Shown: piece by piece, positions 1 to 20,805 of the stretch
Layout of the letters: every line of letters starts with the position of its first letter
How positions within the stretch are numbered: the first letter of the stretch is position 1
Source: the human T2T-CHM13v2.0 reference genome, Homo sapiens
Reading direction: 5' to 3' (one strand)
Assembly (NCBI RefSeq): GCF_009914755.1
Contig: NC_060948.1
Length of the DNA: 64,000 nucleotides
Program-made: the position numbers and the translations under genes
The notes under the pieces: generated by a model
Told to the model about the DNA's origin: nothing
Seen by the model: only the letters and a program-made list of their open reading frames with translations
Databases searched by the model: none

Positions 1-530
1 TGAAGAGTATGTTAATTAGCTCAATTTAATTATTCCATAATGTATATATATATCAAAACATCAAATTGTACCCCATAAATAGATATAATTATTATTTTTC
101 AACTGAATACAAAAATACAAAAGAAAATGTGATATTTATAAACAATGAAATAGTATTCAGCCTTGAAAAGAAGGAAATCCTGCCATATGGATAAATCACA
201 ACATGGATAAACCTGTAGGACATTCTGCTAAGTGAAGCAAGGGATAGACAGACAAATACTGCATGATTTCATTTATGTGACGTGTCTGAAAGAGTCAAAC
301 TCACAGAAAGAGAGAGTAGGATAGTTGTTGCCAATGGCTGGGAAAGGGGAAACAGGGAGTGCTGTCCAAGAAGTGAAAGTTTCAGTTAAGCAAGTAAGTT
401 CTAGAGCTCTACTGTGCAGCATTGTGACTATAGTTGTGGAGCACTGTGACTATAGTTAGCAATATGTATTATACACTTAAAAAATGTGTTAAAAGGATAG
501 ATCTTATGTTATCTTTTCATACCACAATTT
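1..530 (+). mobile_element. Old L1M (L1MA/L1MB-type) 3'-end fragments
   Basis: 1-115 resembles an L1MA 3' terminus (gttaattagc...catcaaattgtaccccataaat). 121-530 resembles the ORF2 end/3'UTR (aagaaaatgtgatatttata...acaacatggataaacctgtaggacatt). Confidence 0.6.
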
Positions 531-540
531 TCTAAAGTTT

Positions 541-839
<299 letters not shown>

Positions 840-870
840 TTTAAAAGGTTTTAAAAAATAAAGCGTATGT

Positions 871-1232
<362 letters not shown>

Positions 1233-1710
1233 TCAAAAAATAATTTTTAAATAAAATTAATAAATAACAAATATTTAAACATACTACTGGAGATTATTAG
1301 CTTAATTTAAAAATGTCATAAACCATCTTATGTCTATCAGTAGTGTGAGCTGACCCAGCCCATTACATGTGGTATCTGCTGCCCAGGTTTGTCCTCGCTG
1401 CCCCTGATCAGGAATATAGAGCACTTGATCTGTAGTTGCTAATCAGAGAGACTAAGAAGCAGATGGAAAGCCATGTGGAGAGGTGAACACACATACCAAG
1501 CAGCAAAGTTCTGTCTTCCCACGGGGAGAGAGGCCCCCTGTGGTAGACATACCAGCCAGCTAAGTTCAGCTTTTCTTCAAGCACTGATCTATAAGCAGGT
1601 CAGCCACTAAGTTACATAGTTATGCCTATATTCTCAGGTTTGAACAGAATTTCCTTTGTCACTCTCTGCAGTTGACCAAGAGAATTCTGAATGTATGCAT
1701 TGAACATTTA

Positions 1711-2435
<725 letters not shown>

Positions 2436-2689
2436 CTATGTACTCATTACCAAGACTGAACTATTACAAACATTCTGCCATTATGTCATCTATATGTCTA
2501 CCCACTGCTCACTATTGCTTCACTGTAACCACATTACAGTTCAGTTTAGAGATAAAATTTACCTGCATTTAAACACACAAATTGTAGCCATACAATTTTG
2601 ACAGATGAAAGCAACCAGCAACCTGTATCACCCATGTGCTATCAAAGTACAAAACATGGCATTTACCCAGCAAGTTTTCTGAGAGTATA

Positions 2690-3498
2690 GACTCCTCAAT
2701 TCAAGTGCCCAGTGCACAGATCCCAGCTCAGTACTCCCTAGCTATGGGCTGCAGCCCTGGAGTGTCAGGACCTGCTTGCAGCTCCCTCCTTCAGACCCTT
2801 GAGACTGGGTTCTATTGAGTAGTGCAGAGTCTAAAGAACTTCCAGTCTTCTGGATTGTACCAGATGGAGCGAAGAACCCAGGCTGGGCAGTAAAGGCTGC
2901 ACTGTGTACACACTCCTACAAGGTGATCAGACAGGACACCAAGGAGGGGCTAGAGGACAGGCAGCTATGCAGAACATACACGCACCAGTGCTGTGGGAAA
3001 GTCAACCCTACTTTATCCTTGTCTTGAAGTTAGCTGGGGTGCAGGCCTCTCAAAGGGATATGGGGAAACATGGTATATGTGCACTTATGACCAGAATCTA
3101 CTCCAGCTTTCTCATGCACAAAGGTCCCCAGCTCTGTGCCTGCTGCAGCTGTATTTCAGTTTATCTCCTGAGAGATCTGCCTGTCAGCTCAAATATTCAT
3201 GAACGAGTGTGGGGTCCTCTGCAGTGAGGATCCCAAAGGTCTGCAGTGAGAGTGGGCAGTCACCCATTCCCAGTACTCACCCATACCCAGTACTCACCCC
3301 TTCCCAAGAGCATTCAGTACTAGCATTTAGACACTCGATGTGGGGTCCCCAGCTTCCTTCCTATTTAGCCTCAGCATCTTCATCCACATTCAGGGTTCTT
3401 GCTCTTAAAATCTGTTCAACTTGTGCTGGTGTAATAGAAATTCCAGTGGCTCTCTGTGGGTCAGCACTTCCTGGCTGCATCTGGTAAGCCAACTTCCA
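2690..3498 (-). mobile_element. Old L1 5'UTR fragment (L1PB/L1P4-type)
   Basis: Ends gcatctggtaagccaacttcc, the reverse of an L1 5' 'aagatggc' start. It resembles the 5'UTR at 44600-44985. Confidence 0.55.
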
Positions 3499-3499
3499 G

Positions 3500-6146
3500 T
3501 CAAAATGGAGAACTTAATTTACTTACATTCAAGGTTAATACTGATATGTAAAGTTTTGTTCCTGTCATAATGCTGTTGTTATTTAGTTGCTTAGTAGATT
3601 ATTTCTTCCTTTTTTATTTGTATCTGCCTTTGTGGGTTTGGTGGCATTTTTGTTGTTTTGCCATTGATATCTTTCTGTTCACCATTTGTGTAACTGATTT
3701 ATGAGAACTGTGAACCTTATAGTTTTGTGTGTTTTTATGATAGAGAGTATTGACCTTTGTTTCCATGTTTGAAATCCATTGACCATTTCTGGTAGGTCTG
3801 GTCTTGTGATAAATTCTCTTGGTGACTGCTTTCTGATAAATACCTTATTTTTCTTTCATTTATGAACCTTATTTGAGCAGGATACAAAGTTTAAGGTTGA
3901 CAGTTTTTTACTTTAAGCACTTTGAAAATAGAATCTCGATATTCTGGCTCTTAAGGTTTCTGTCGAGAAATTCACTGTTAGTCTAATAATGACCTTTCCT
4001 TTATAAGTGACCAGACACTTTTACTAATTTGATTATTTTTCCCCACTCACATTGACTTAGATAGTCTGATGATTATGTGTTTTGGTGAGATACTTCTTGC
4101 AACTGTATTTTCCTGGATTTCTCTGAGCCTTTTGCATTTGGATGTCTATATCTCTTGCTAGACTAGGGAAGTCTTTCTCAATTATTTCCTCAAATAGGTT
4201 GTCCACACTTTTTACCTTTTCTTCTCCCTTAAGAATACTTTGATTTATAGATTCAGACATTTTACATAGCCCTATACTTGTCAAATTTTTTTATATACTT
4301 TTGTCTAACTAGATTAATTCAAAAGAGCTCTCTTCGAATTCTGAGAATTTTTTCTTTTGCTTGGTAGTGTATTGGTTTTCAAATTTCTCTTTGGTCTCAT
4401 CATTAAGCTTCTTTAAAATTAATATTTTGAAATCTTTATCTGATACTTCAAAATTTTATTTTTTGTTAGAATGTATTGCCGGAGAGTTAATGTAATTCTC
4501 TGGGGTTGTCATAAGGTCCCCTGTATTTTTCATCTTTTAGAATTGTTACACTGGTTTCTCATTTGGAGAGACTGTCAACTTCTTATATTTTAATTTATTT
4601 TGTTTGGATGGGATTTTTTTCTTCTCCCTTGACAATGTGAATAGAATGTATGTTGAAATGGGTCATTTGGCTTTGCTTCTTGGGTGGGTGCTTTTAGTGG
4701 CAAAGATTTTATATAAATTCCTCTCAGGTGTCCCAGAAAATATGCCCATCCATAAATCCTACAATAGCCTAGGTTCCAGGTTCAGTCCCGAAGTGATTGG
4801 TGAAACTGGGTGCAGCTGGATGGTGAAGCACTGTATATAGCAGGTGCAAGCATCATCCCTGACAGGGGTGGATGGGAAGTTGTTGAGTCACAGGTGCCTG
4901 AATTCAGGCACTGAATTTCAGGTTTTTGCATGAGGGGTGGGAGGTATTAGAGGTGGGAGGTGGGACTTTCTCAGAATCATGGCCTCAGCAGGCAGAAATG
5001 TAATCTGTTTTTTGTCATGCCCCTGTACCAGTGCTGGGGATATTCAGCTTAGTCATACACTTTCAGAGCCATAGTATAGCCTGCTGCATGGCTCAACACT
5101 AAACCTCTGTGCTACCTGGAAATAGCTGTAGTGCAAAGTCTCCCCGCTTAGCCCCAGACAAACAGCTTTCTGACCCTCCTGCTCCCCATGAGAGAAACAC
5201 TGCAGCTCTGTGCAGAAATGGGAAAAGATCCTGCATTTTATGCAAACCGAGGCTGAATATCACACTGCCAGTGAGAACACACTCACTTTTCCTGGTCTTA
5301 AGCACTGAAGTTACTTGGCTGGTAGTATGGAATTTCACTCCTGGCTTGCAGAGCCTATCACAGAGTTTGTGTCTCTGCTGGAAATAGAGACGTTAATCAC
5401 CCGCCAAGCATGGTGCTCTTCGGCTAGCACAGAGCAGCTCTCAGGCACTGAAAAGTATGTGCTTTGGTTTCTTTTGTTACACAGATTGCTCCCTTGTTGT
5501 GCTGCACTTTTCCCTTTTTTTGAGGAGAAGCATTCCCTCAAAACTAAATCACTGGGAACTTGCAGTTTTCTTAGTTCCAGCCAGATTGTTTGCTGTTGTC
5601 TTCCATGTGGGCACTGGGGAATGTCCATGGGAGCTTTAGGGATGTAGAGACACAAATATCAAGATTTCCTGGGTAAGATACCATCCCCCCACAGCTGTTC
5701 CCTTATGATAGCATGCTGCTACGGATGCTCAAGTCTGGTGCAAGGGCAAGCCACCCAGCACAAGTTTGCTATCTGGTACAATGCCACCAAGAAGTCTCTA
5801 AATCACCACCCTCACTTGTGTCTAGGTTTGTGAGGGCAGAGGAGCACACAATTCAGTTATTGGCTGTCTGCTGCAGAGGTGAGAAGGAGCCCAAACACTC
5901 CCACTTAGTATTTCCATGCAACACCAAGTTCCTTGGGGCTCCCAAACATTTCTGCTAGCTGAATTGGCCTCTTCTTTTCTCCCTCCTTGGAACCCAAGCC
6001 TTTTATTCATGAGTTTTTCCATTGAGTTTCAGTAATTGATATTCTCCTTGATATTCTATTTGAGATATGACTATTTACTTTTAACTTTAATTCTTCTTTT
6101 TAAGGAAAACTGGCATCTGATGTCACTATTAAGCTATCTTGAACCC
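3500..6146 (-). mobile_element. Old L1 (L1M/L1PB) 5'UTR + ORF1 remnant
   Basis: ORF 4057-4284 (NLFEEIIEKDFPSLARDIDIQMQKAQR) is L1 ORF1p-like. The 5' end aagctatcttgaacc lies at 6131-6145. Confidence 0.7.
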
Positions 6147-6391
6147 TGGGTATCTTCTTTATAGAGATTTCTTTATTATTATTATTATTATACTTTAAGT
6201 TTTAGGATACATGGGCACAACGTGCAGGTTTGTTACATATGTATACATGTGCCATGTTGGTGTGCTGCACCCATTAACTCGTCATTTAGCATTAGGTATA
6301 TCTCCTAATGCTATCCCTCCCCCCTCCCCCCACCCCACAACCGTCCCCAGAGTGTGATGTTCCCCTTCCTGTGTCCATGTGTTCTCATTGT

Positions 6392-10213
<3,822 letters not shown>

Positions 10214-10276
10214 TATGATGTTAGCTGGTTATTTTGCTCAGTAGTTGATGCAGTTTCTTCCTAGCATCGATGGTCT

Positions 10277-11273
10277 TTACAATTTGGCATGTTTTTGCAC
10301 TGGCTGGTACTGGTTGTTCCTTTCCATGTTTAGTGCTTCCTTCAGGAGCTCTTTTAGGGCAGATCTGGTGGTGACAAAATCTCTCAGCATTGCTTGTCTG
10401 TAAAGTATTTTATTTCTCCTTCACTTATGAAGCTTAGATATGAAATTCTGGGTTGAAAATTCTTTTCTTTAAGAATGTTGAATATTGGCCCCCACTCTCT
10501 TCTGGCTTGTAGAGTTTCTGCCGAGAGATCAGCTGTTAGTCTGATGGGCTTCCCTTTGAGGGTAACCTGACCTTTCTCTCTGTCTTCCCTTAATATTTTT
10601 TCCTTCATTTCAACTTTGGCAAATCTGACAATTATGTGTATTGGAGTTGCTCTTCTCGAGGAGTCTCTTTGTGGTGTTCTCTGTATTTCCTGAATTTGAA
10701 TGTTGGCCTGCCTTGCTAGATCGGGGAAGTTCTCCTGGATAATATCCTGCAGAGTGTTTTCCAACTTGGTTCCATTCTCCCCGTACACCAATTAGACGTA
10801 GATTTGGTCTTTTCACATAGTCCCATATTTCTTGGAGTCTTTGTTCATTTCTTTTTATTCTTTTTTCTCTAAACTTCTCTTCACGCTTCGTTTCATTCAT
10901 TTCATCTTCCATCGCTGATACCCTTTCTTCCAGTTGATTGCATTGGTTACTGAGGCTTGTGCATTCGTCACTTAGTTCTCATGCCTTGGTTTTCAGCTAC
11001 AACAGGTCCTTTAAGGATTTCTCTGCATTGGTTATTCTAGTTAGCCTTTCCTCTAATTTTTTTTTCAAAGTTTTTAACTTCTTTGCCATTGGTTTGAACT
11101 TCCTCCTTTAGCTCGGAGTAGTTTGATCTTCTGAAGCCTTCCTCTCTCAACTGGTCAAAGTCATTCTCCGTTCAGCTTTGTTCCGTTGCTGGTGAGGAGC
11201 TGTGTTCCTTTGGAGGAGGAAAGGTGCTCTGATTTTTAGAGTTTCCGGTTTTTCTGCTCTGTTTTTTCCCCAT
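10277..11273 (-). pseudogene. L1 ORF1, frameshifted
   Basis: ENGTKLENTLQDIIQENFP...KPIRLTADLSAETLQARREW. Small deletions at about 10787 and 10437. Confidence 0.93.
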
Positions 11274-11391
11274 CTTTGTGGTTTTATCTACATTTGGTCT
11301 TTGATGATGGTGATGTACAGATGGGTTTTTGGTGTGGTTGTTTGTTAGTTTTCCTTCTAACAGTCAGGACCCTCAGCTGCAGGTCTGTTGG

Positions 11392-11520
11392 AGTTTACTG
11401 GAGGTCCACTCCAGACCCTGTTTGCCTGGGTATCAGCAGTGGTGGCTGCAGAACAGCGGACATTGGTGAACCGCAAATGCTGCTGCCTCATCGTTCCTCT
11501 GGAAGTTTTGTCTCAGAGGA
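11392..11520 (-). promoter_or_regulatory. 129-bp L1 5'UTR segment carrying the ZNF93 site (present in L1PA3-6160 and older)
   Basis: ctcctctgagacaaaacttccagaggaacg...ggacctccagtaaact is present (absent from L1PA2/L1Hs). The same segment is at about 25270-25399. Confidence 0.7.
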
Positions 11521-13010
11521 GTACCCGGCCGTGTGAGGTGTCACTCCACCCCTACTGGGGGATGCCTCCCAGTTAGGCTGCTCAGGGGTCAGGGACCCAC
11601 TTGAGGAGGCAGTCTGCCCATTCTCATATCTCAAGTTCCATGCTGGGAGAACCACTACTCTCTTCAAAGCTGTCAGATAGGGACATTTAAGACTGCAGAG
11701 GTGTTTGCTGTCTTTTGTTTGTCTGTGCCCTGCCCCTAGAGATGGAGTCTACAGAGGCAGGCAGGCCTCCTTGAGCTGTGGTGGGCTCCACCCAGTTCAA
11801 TCTTCCCCGATGCTTTGTTTACCTACTCAAGCCTGAGCAATGGTGGTGCCCCTCCCCCAGCCTTGCTGCTGCCTTGCAGTTTGATCTCAGACTGCTGTGC
11901 TAGCAGTGATTGAGGCTCCATGGGCGTAGGACCCTCCGAGCCAGGTGTGGGATATAATCTCCTGGTGCGCCGTTTGTTAAGCCCTTTGGAAGAGCGCAGT
12001 ATTAGGGTGGGAGTGACCTGATTTTCCAGGTGCCATCTGTCACCACTTTCTTTAACTAGGAAAGGGAATTCCCTGACCCCTTGCACTTCCCAGGTGAGGC
12101 GATGCCTTGCCCTGCTCCGGCTCACACACGGTGCACTGCACTCACTGTCCTGCACCCACTGTCTGGCACTCCCCCGTGAGATGGACCTGGTACCTCAGTT
12201 GGAAATGCAGAAATCACCCGTCTTCTGTGTCACTGACGCTGGGAGCTGTAGACTGGAGCTGTTCCTATTCAGCCCTCTTGGCTCCACCTCCTCTTCTTTA
12301 TAGAGATTTCTATTCAAGTCGTTTACCCACTTAAAAATCAGATGTTTTTTCCTATTGAGTTGAATTCCTTATATATTCCAGATATTAATCCTTATCAGAA
12401 ATATAGTTTATATATATTTTCTTCTATTCTGTGTGTTTTCTGTTCATGATATTCATTGTTTACTTTGTTGTACAGAAGCTTGTTTAATAAAATTCTATTT
12501 ATCAATATTTGTTCTGTTGCTGTGCTTTTGTGTTCTTATTCCAACAATTCTTGCCAACACCAATGTCAAGAAGCATTTCACCTATATTTTCTTCCAGTAA
12601 CTTATTTTTTAGGGTTTTACATTTAAGTCTTTAGTTCATTTTGAGCTGATTTTTGTTTTCAGTGAGAGAGATAGTTGTAGTCTCATTTTCCTACTTCTGA
12701 ATATTAAGTTTTCTCATCACTATTTATTGAAGAGATTATCCTTTCCCCAGTGTGTATTCTTGGCATTTATAAAAAGGACAGTTGGCTGCAAGTATGTGGA
12801 TTTATTTCTGGGTTGTATATTCTCTTTATTGGTATATGTGTCTATTCTTTTTGTAGCAACACTATGGTGTTTTGTTTCCTATAGGCTTGTGGTATGTTTT
12901 AAAGACAGGTAGTGTAGTGTCTCCACCTTTGTTCTTTTGGCTCAGTATTGGTTTGTCTATCTGAGGCTTTTTGTGGCTTTGTACAGATTTTTTAAGTGCT
13001 TTACCCCCCT

Positions 13011-13283
<273 letters not shown>

Positions 13284-14141
13284 TGCTTTTCCCATTTAAG
13301 CAAAGTATATCATTACCATTTTAATAGGTATTACATTGAATTTGTGGATTGCTTTAGGTAGTATGGACATTTCAACAATAGTAATTCTTCCATATAAACC
13401 CAAGATGTCTTTACATGTATTTGTGTCTTCTTCAATTTGTTTCATCCATGTTTTATAGTTTTTATCAAAGAGATCTTTTGCTTCTTGGTTAAATTTATTC
13501 TAAATATCTTTTTTGTAGCTATTGTCAATGGGATTGACTTTTTAATTTATTTTTTCAAATAGTTTACTCTTGGCACATTCAAAATTTTCTAATTTTTGTA
13601 TGTTGATTTTACATCCTGACACTTTATTGGATTTGTTTATACATTTTAACAGTATTTGGTAGAATCTGTAGTATTTTTCTATATATGTAATTATGTTATC
13701 TGCAAACAGGGACAAGTTGACCTCGTCCTTTCCAGTTTATATGCCCTTTATTTCTTTCTCTCATCTAATTGTTCTGGCTAGAATTTACTATACTATGTTG
13801 AATAGAGCTTCCAAAAGATAAAATCATTATCTTGTTTCAGATCTTAGAAAAAATATTTCAGCTTTTCCTCATTAAATAAGTTGTTTTCTGTGGGTTTGTC
13901 ATATATGGCCTTTCTTGTGTTGTAGTACATTATTTCTATATCTAATTTGGGGACAGTTTTATCATAACGGGATATTGAAGTGTGTGTAATGCTTTTCTGC
14001 ATCTATTAAAATGATCATGTAGCTTTTCTCCTTGATTCTGTCAAGGTGAGTATCTTATTTATTGACTTGGCACATGTCGAAACATCCTTGCATCCCTAAG
14101 ATGCAAGCTTCTTGATTATGGTGAATAATCATTTTAATGCA

Positions 14142-14699
14142 TGTTGGGGACCAGCCTCAACATCACATGTAGGGTACCCAAAGTCTGGTGGCGATGTAGG
14201 AATGAGAAGAGACAGGCTAAGAGTGCATAAAGACTGGGGTCCAGGAGGCCAGCTGCAAAATAGAGGCTGCAAAAGGCTCAGAGTTTTGGTCTCCACACTA
14301 TTTATTGAGTATAAGTACTTAGATCTAAGAAGCAGATGTTCAGGGGTGAAATGGGGAAAGGGAAACAGTGCATCACAGGCATAATCTCTAGCAATAGTGG
14401 TATAAATGAATCTCCTTTGTGCTCAAACAGTGTATGTTTAATTTATCGGAGAGTAGCTAGTGGGAGCGGGCTTAACTAGGAGTCTGCACATCTGCCCATA
14501 TTGCAATGCCTCAAAGGAGCATCTTTCTTCTTGAACACAGTGTTTACAGATAAGACAGTGGGTCTGGCTCTGAGCATGGGAACACAATGGCAGTTAGGAG
14601 GCTTTCCTCCTCAGAGGCCTCTTGTGGCTTTCCACAACTTATTGTCCCATATTTTTATGGCCAGTTTATGCAGGCACCCCAAAAGCCTTTTTCCCAACA
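14142..14699 (-). repeat. 3' LTR (LTR14-like)
   Basis: Direct repeat of 20806-21363. AATAAA (tttatt) at about 14301. Purine-rich PPT adjacent at 14700-14714. Confidence 0.92.
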
Positions 14700-14729
14700 T
14701 GCCCCCCCACTTTTAAAAAAAAAACTGTC

Positions 14730-16920
14730 ATTGTTATTAAGGCTTGTTTGTGGTGTTTTTTTTTTAAAGGCATCTTTCACGTTTGTAGAATAAAAGTAAA
14801 CAGTATTGTAGCAGGATGAGCCGCAGCAAAACCTCTCAGACACAAGTTGTAGAAGGAAGGGCTTTATTCAGCTGGCAGCATCGGCAAGCTACTGCCTTAA
14901 AATCCAAGCTCCCCAAATGCACAATTTCTGTCCCTTTTAAGGGCTCACAACACTAAAGATTTCACATGAAAGGGTTGTGATTGATTTGAGCAAGCAGGTG
15001 GTACGTGACAGGGGCTGCATGCACTGGTGGTCCGAGAAAAACAGAACGGGGCAGGGAGTTTCACAATGTTCTTCTATACAATGTCTGGAATCTATGAATA
15101 ACATCAGTTTCTAAGTTATGAATTGATTTTTAACTACTGGGTTTAGGCCATGCAGGCCCAGTCCTGGTTTCAGACCTGGCGCCGGGCTGCCTGTCTTTGG
15201 TTTTACTTCCTTGTTGTTTTTTCTTAAAACAGGTACTGAGTATAAAACAATATAAAACAATATGAGAGGGTCTCTCTCTTCAGTATAAACAGATACACAT
15301 TAAAGTAAAATTTGTAATAGTTGATTTTTTAATGGTCTTAATTTATTTAAGAGGGTTTACATTTGAAACTCTATTAGCAGTTTTAGTGAGAATGTCAGTC
15401 TCAGGCAGGAGAGTTAAATGAGCCTAAGATGTTTTAAAAACCTGGTTTTTTAATGTGGCTGTATTTAATATTAATTTTTTTTTATTTTTTTTACATGATG
15501 TCTAACCTTTTTTAAATGATGTTTAGTAGTAGTATATGAATGGGGAGTTATGTAGAAATTAGAAGAATTTTAATCCCATTGTATTTGTAATTGATACTTT
15601 AAGTTTATTATATGATTTTTTATTTAAATAACAGTCCGTTTAAGGTTATTTGTTTGATTTACCAATTGGTGTATCTGGGTCTGAAAATTTCACAATTTTG
15701 AGGAATTTTTTTGACCAATTTTGTAGTTTGAACAGAGGAATGTAAAGTAATTTCAGCAGCTGCAGCAGTAGCTGTGATGCAATAAGGCCTATAATCACTG
15801 TTATAAGGGTAAAAATAATTTTTTTTGTTTTGGTAAACACTTCCTTTAACATTTTTGTGATGATATGAATGGAAGGAGAGGATTTTTAAGGTCTATTGAG
15901 GGAAACTGGTATCCAAACTCTTTTTTTACTCTTTACCAGTACACAGATGTTTTTACACTAAATGTGGAATCAATACAGGTGAAAAGGTGACAGTTTTGAC
16001 AAGTAATAGTTTCAGAATTAGGTTGAATATTAATATTTTTGATTATTAACATAAAAGGAGGCTTGACACAACTTTGAATGGGCACCATTTTGTTGGAAGA
16101 AATCTGATACACCAATTGAAGTCTCTCACGCTTTTCCTCAAGATAATATATTTTTTTCAAACTTTAATATGAGATTGGGCCATCATTAACTTTTATAATT
16201 TGGGACATTTAGGGCCTATTATAGGATTAATCATTTTTGGATGTGGGCCAGCCATACCAAAATCAGTCCAAATTATGGGAAAATGGGCATGTTTTTTACT
16301 AGTGTCACTTTTTGATAGTATAGTTTTAGTTTTAGTTTTGTGTTTATAATTTTGATTGGTACAATTAACTGTAAAGGTCATCTTAGGGGACAAACTAATG
16401 ACGATTTTATAGGAATTATTTTGTAGTACTACAGGGTGATTAGACATGTAATTTTTTCAAATCAGTATTTTTAAATTTTTTGACCATTGTTGAGGTTGTT
16501 GACACCTCTCTTTTTTGGGCTTAAATTGTTTTAATTGAACCAAACTTTGTGAATGACCCGGGCTCCATTTAGAAAATAAATGATGGGATACTGGTTCTTT
16601 GATTATGACCTGAATAGTATTATACTAATGGGGAGTTATGTAGAAATTATAAGTATTTTAATCACATTGTTTTTGTGATTGTTGTTGTTGTAGCATTTTA
16701 GGCAACCAATCGCCGACCCTATGTAAAGAGGGGAGATCTGATAACCTATGGACACATTTATTATTTTTTCTGGGTAAGAGAGCCTATGAGTATTTGTAGG
16801 CTTAGTCATTCAAACACATTAACATAAACCTCAACCGGGGGTTTCAACCATGTGACAGGCCTAATTAAAGGCGGAAATGGGACATATGTCCAATAGGTAT
16901 AGTTTTGGTCTGTTGTAGTC
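14730..16920 (-). pseudogene. env: HERV-K env remnant (hypermutated, interrupted by LTR2B)
   Basis: SU start [19 protein letters not shown]; SCVKPPFML; TCQNCHLFTCIDSTF; fusion peptide IFTLITVIIGLIA; TM heptad NQTNNLKRTVI*. Confidence 0.9.
14807..15282 (-). mobile_element. Solo LTR, LTR2B-like (HERV-E/Harlequin group)
   Basis: Minus strand reads tgaagagagagaccctctcatattg...ggctcatcctgctaca. 4-bp TSD gtat (14803-14806 / 15283-15286). Confidence 0.85.
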
Positions 16921-17479
16921 ACAGGCTTGTCAGGTGAGGAGGTCACTGTTCTTATTTCAGCTTTGTATCCTAGGATTAGTAAATAACAGAAGACAAACAT
17001 GAGTATAATTAGCAACTTTTTTTTCAGTCAAAGAAATGCCAAGTGTTACTTGGCATCTTAGTTTACTATATATTATTAATGAGGAACCCCACTGGGGGTA
17101 TGTTAATTTATTTTAGCCAAGTAGTTATGTTATTAGAAGCTGAAAAGGGGTGTTTGTTAAAGTAGTAGGGCAGAAGAAAGGCAGATTTAAAATATGAGCT
17201 TAATAGAGTGTAGTAGGTATAAGCAGTAGGCAAAGAGAGAGAATTAAAAATGAATAAATTATTTGGCTTAGTCTTTTTTTTTTTTTTTAGCATAATGTTT
17301 GGGGCCTGTGTTGTTTGTGGAAGCAGCATTGTTGAGGCTGCAGTTTCTGTAGGGTTTTTTTTAGGCTGGCTTGAATTTTTTCTTTTTTTTTTTCATCCTT
17401 TGATGAGGATGTAGTCTTCAGGCTGGTACTGGAAATTTCAGGGGTGGTGCCTGTGCTAAGAGACTTTTTACAATTTTTA

Positions 17480-17855
17480 AAAAGTAGCTTACTGTTTTAA
17501 GAAAAACTTGTATTTTATTTTAATGTTAGTTTTTAGAAAAACTGGATGATACTTTTTTAACTTTAGTAAATATGTTTCCACACATAATTTTTAAAAATTA
17601 TTATCATAAAACTTGTTTAGACCTTTAAAACAAAAATTATACATTTTTGTATAAATTCCTTTTTATAACATTTTTTACAACTTTTACAGATAATCTTCAA
17701 CATGTCTTAACTTTTTAGGTTTTATAACTTTCCTTACTAAAGGTACATTTTTATAACTTTTTAAATTTTTTTTTCCTTTTTTCCTTTTTTTTAGTCTTTT
17801 TTTGTATTTTTTTATTTTTTTTTTTTTTAGTCTCTTCTTTTTTAAAAATTTTCTA
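17480..17855. repeat. T-rich (A-rich in proviral sense) stretch between pol and env
   Basis: Long runs of T with repeated tttttataac/ttttac words. Confidence 0.75.
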
Positions 17856-17859
17856 ATGT

Positions 17860-20045
<2,186 letters not shown>

Positions 20046-20089
20046 CCTTCACCTTAATGAACTGCAGGGAGAACCTAAATTGCCCCCTC

Positions 20090-20655
20090 TCCATAATGAA
20101 CTGTGGGTCAGCAGTAATAGGCGCGGGGAGTGGAGTGGTGGTGAGTTGAGTCTCGGGGCTCCCTCTTCCAGCACTCACTGGGCTGAGGAGGTGGCCATTC
20201 CAGACATTCCTCTGAAGGAGCCCTGGGCTGAACAATTTTCTGAGTAGGTTAAGGAGACTGGGGGAATTGGCAGAAATCTTGTTCGGGCTCTCCTTTTTGT
20301 TAGTACTCGGTAGAGGCGGTTTAGAGTTGTGATCATCAAACTTCTCTCTCTCCTCCTCTGACTCAGTCTCATCAGCTGTCTGAAAAGGCTCCAATGTTGC
20401 ATGCACCAATGATCAAACTGACCAAACATGCAAAGGAATTTTCTTTCCTTCTCTATATGCTCTTTTAAAGTCTTTTCCAACTCCTTCCCAATCGTTTAAT
20501 TCTAAAGTTCCCTGTCCAGGGAACAAAGGACAAAATTATTCCACAGCATGAAATAAATCCATAAGATTTTCCGTATCAACTTTTACCCCACCACGCTTCA
20601 AGAGCTGCCATGGCAAGCTCAGATACGTGGTGTACTGACTTTCAGTTTGTCCCAT
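20090..20655 (-). pseudogene. gag: HERV-K gag 5' remnant (MA); CA/NC/pro deleted
   Basis: atgggacaaactgaaagt = MGQTES (myristoylation-type start); [19 protein letters not shown]. Joins almost directly to the RT start. Confidence 0.8.
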
Positions 20656-20784
20656 TTGTGTCCCTAGCTTTTTTCCAAGCGCCCCATTTACCTGCAAAGC
20701 TTACAACTTTTTATCCTCGGGAGTCCTTTGTCTGTCGTTCCTCCATTTCACATGCTCCAGCATTCCTTTACTGGATTCTTTCCG

Positions 20785-20802
20785 GCCCCACGTTGGATGC
20801 CA
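20785..20802 (-). other. Primer-binding site, tRNA-Lys(CUU)-type
   Basis: tggcatccaacgtggggc, versus canonical TGGCGCCCAACGTGGGGC, 3 nt downstream of the 5' LTR. Confidence 0.88.
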
Positions 20803-20805
20803 GAA

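Noticed and set aside
1330-1700. Apparently unique stretch as a possible exon or ncRNA
   Set aside because: No ORF, RNA-gene motif or recognisable homology supports a call.
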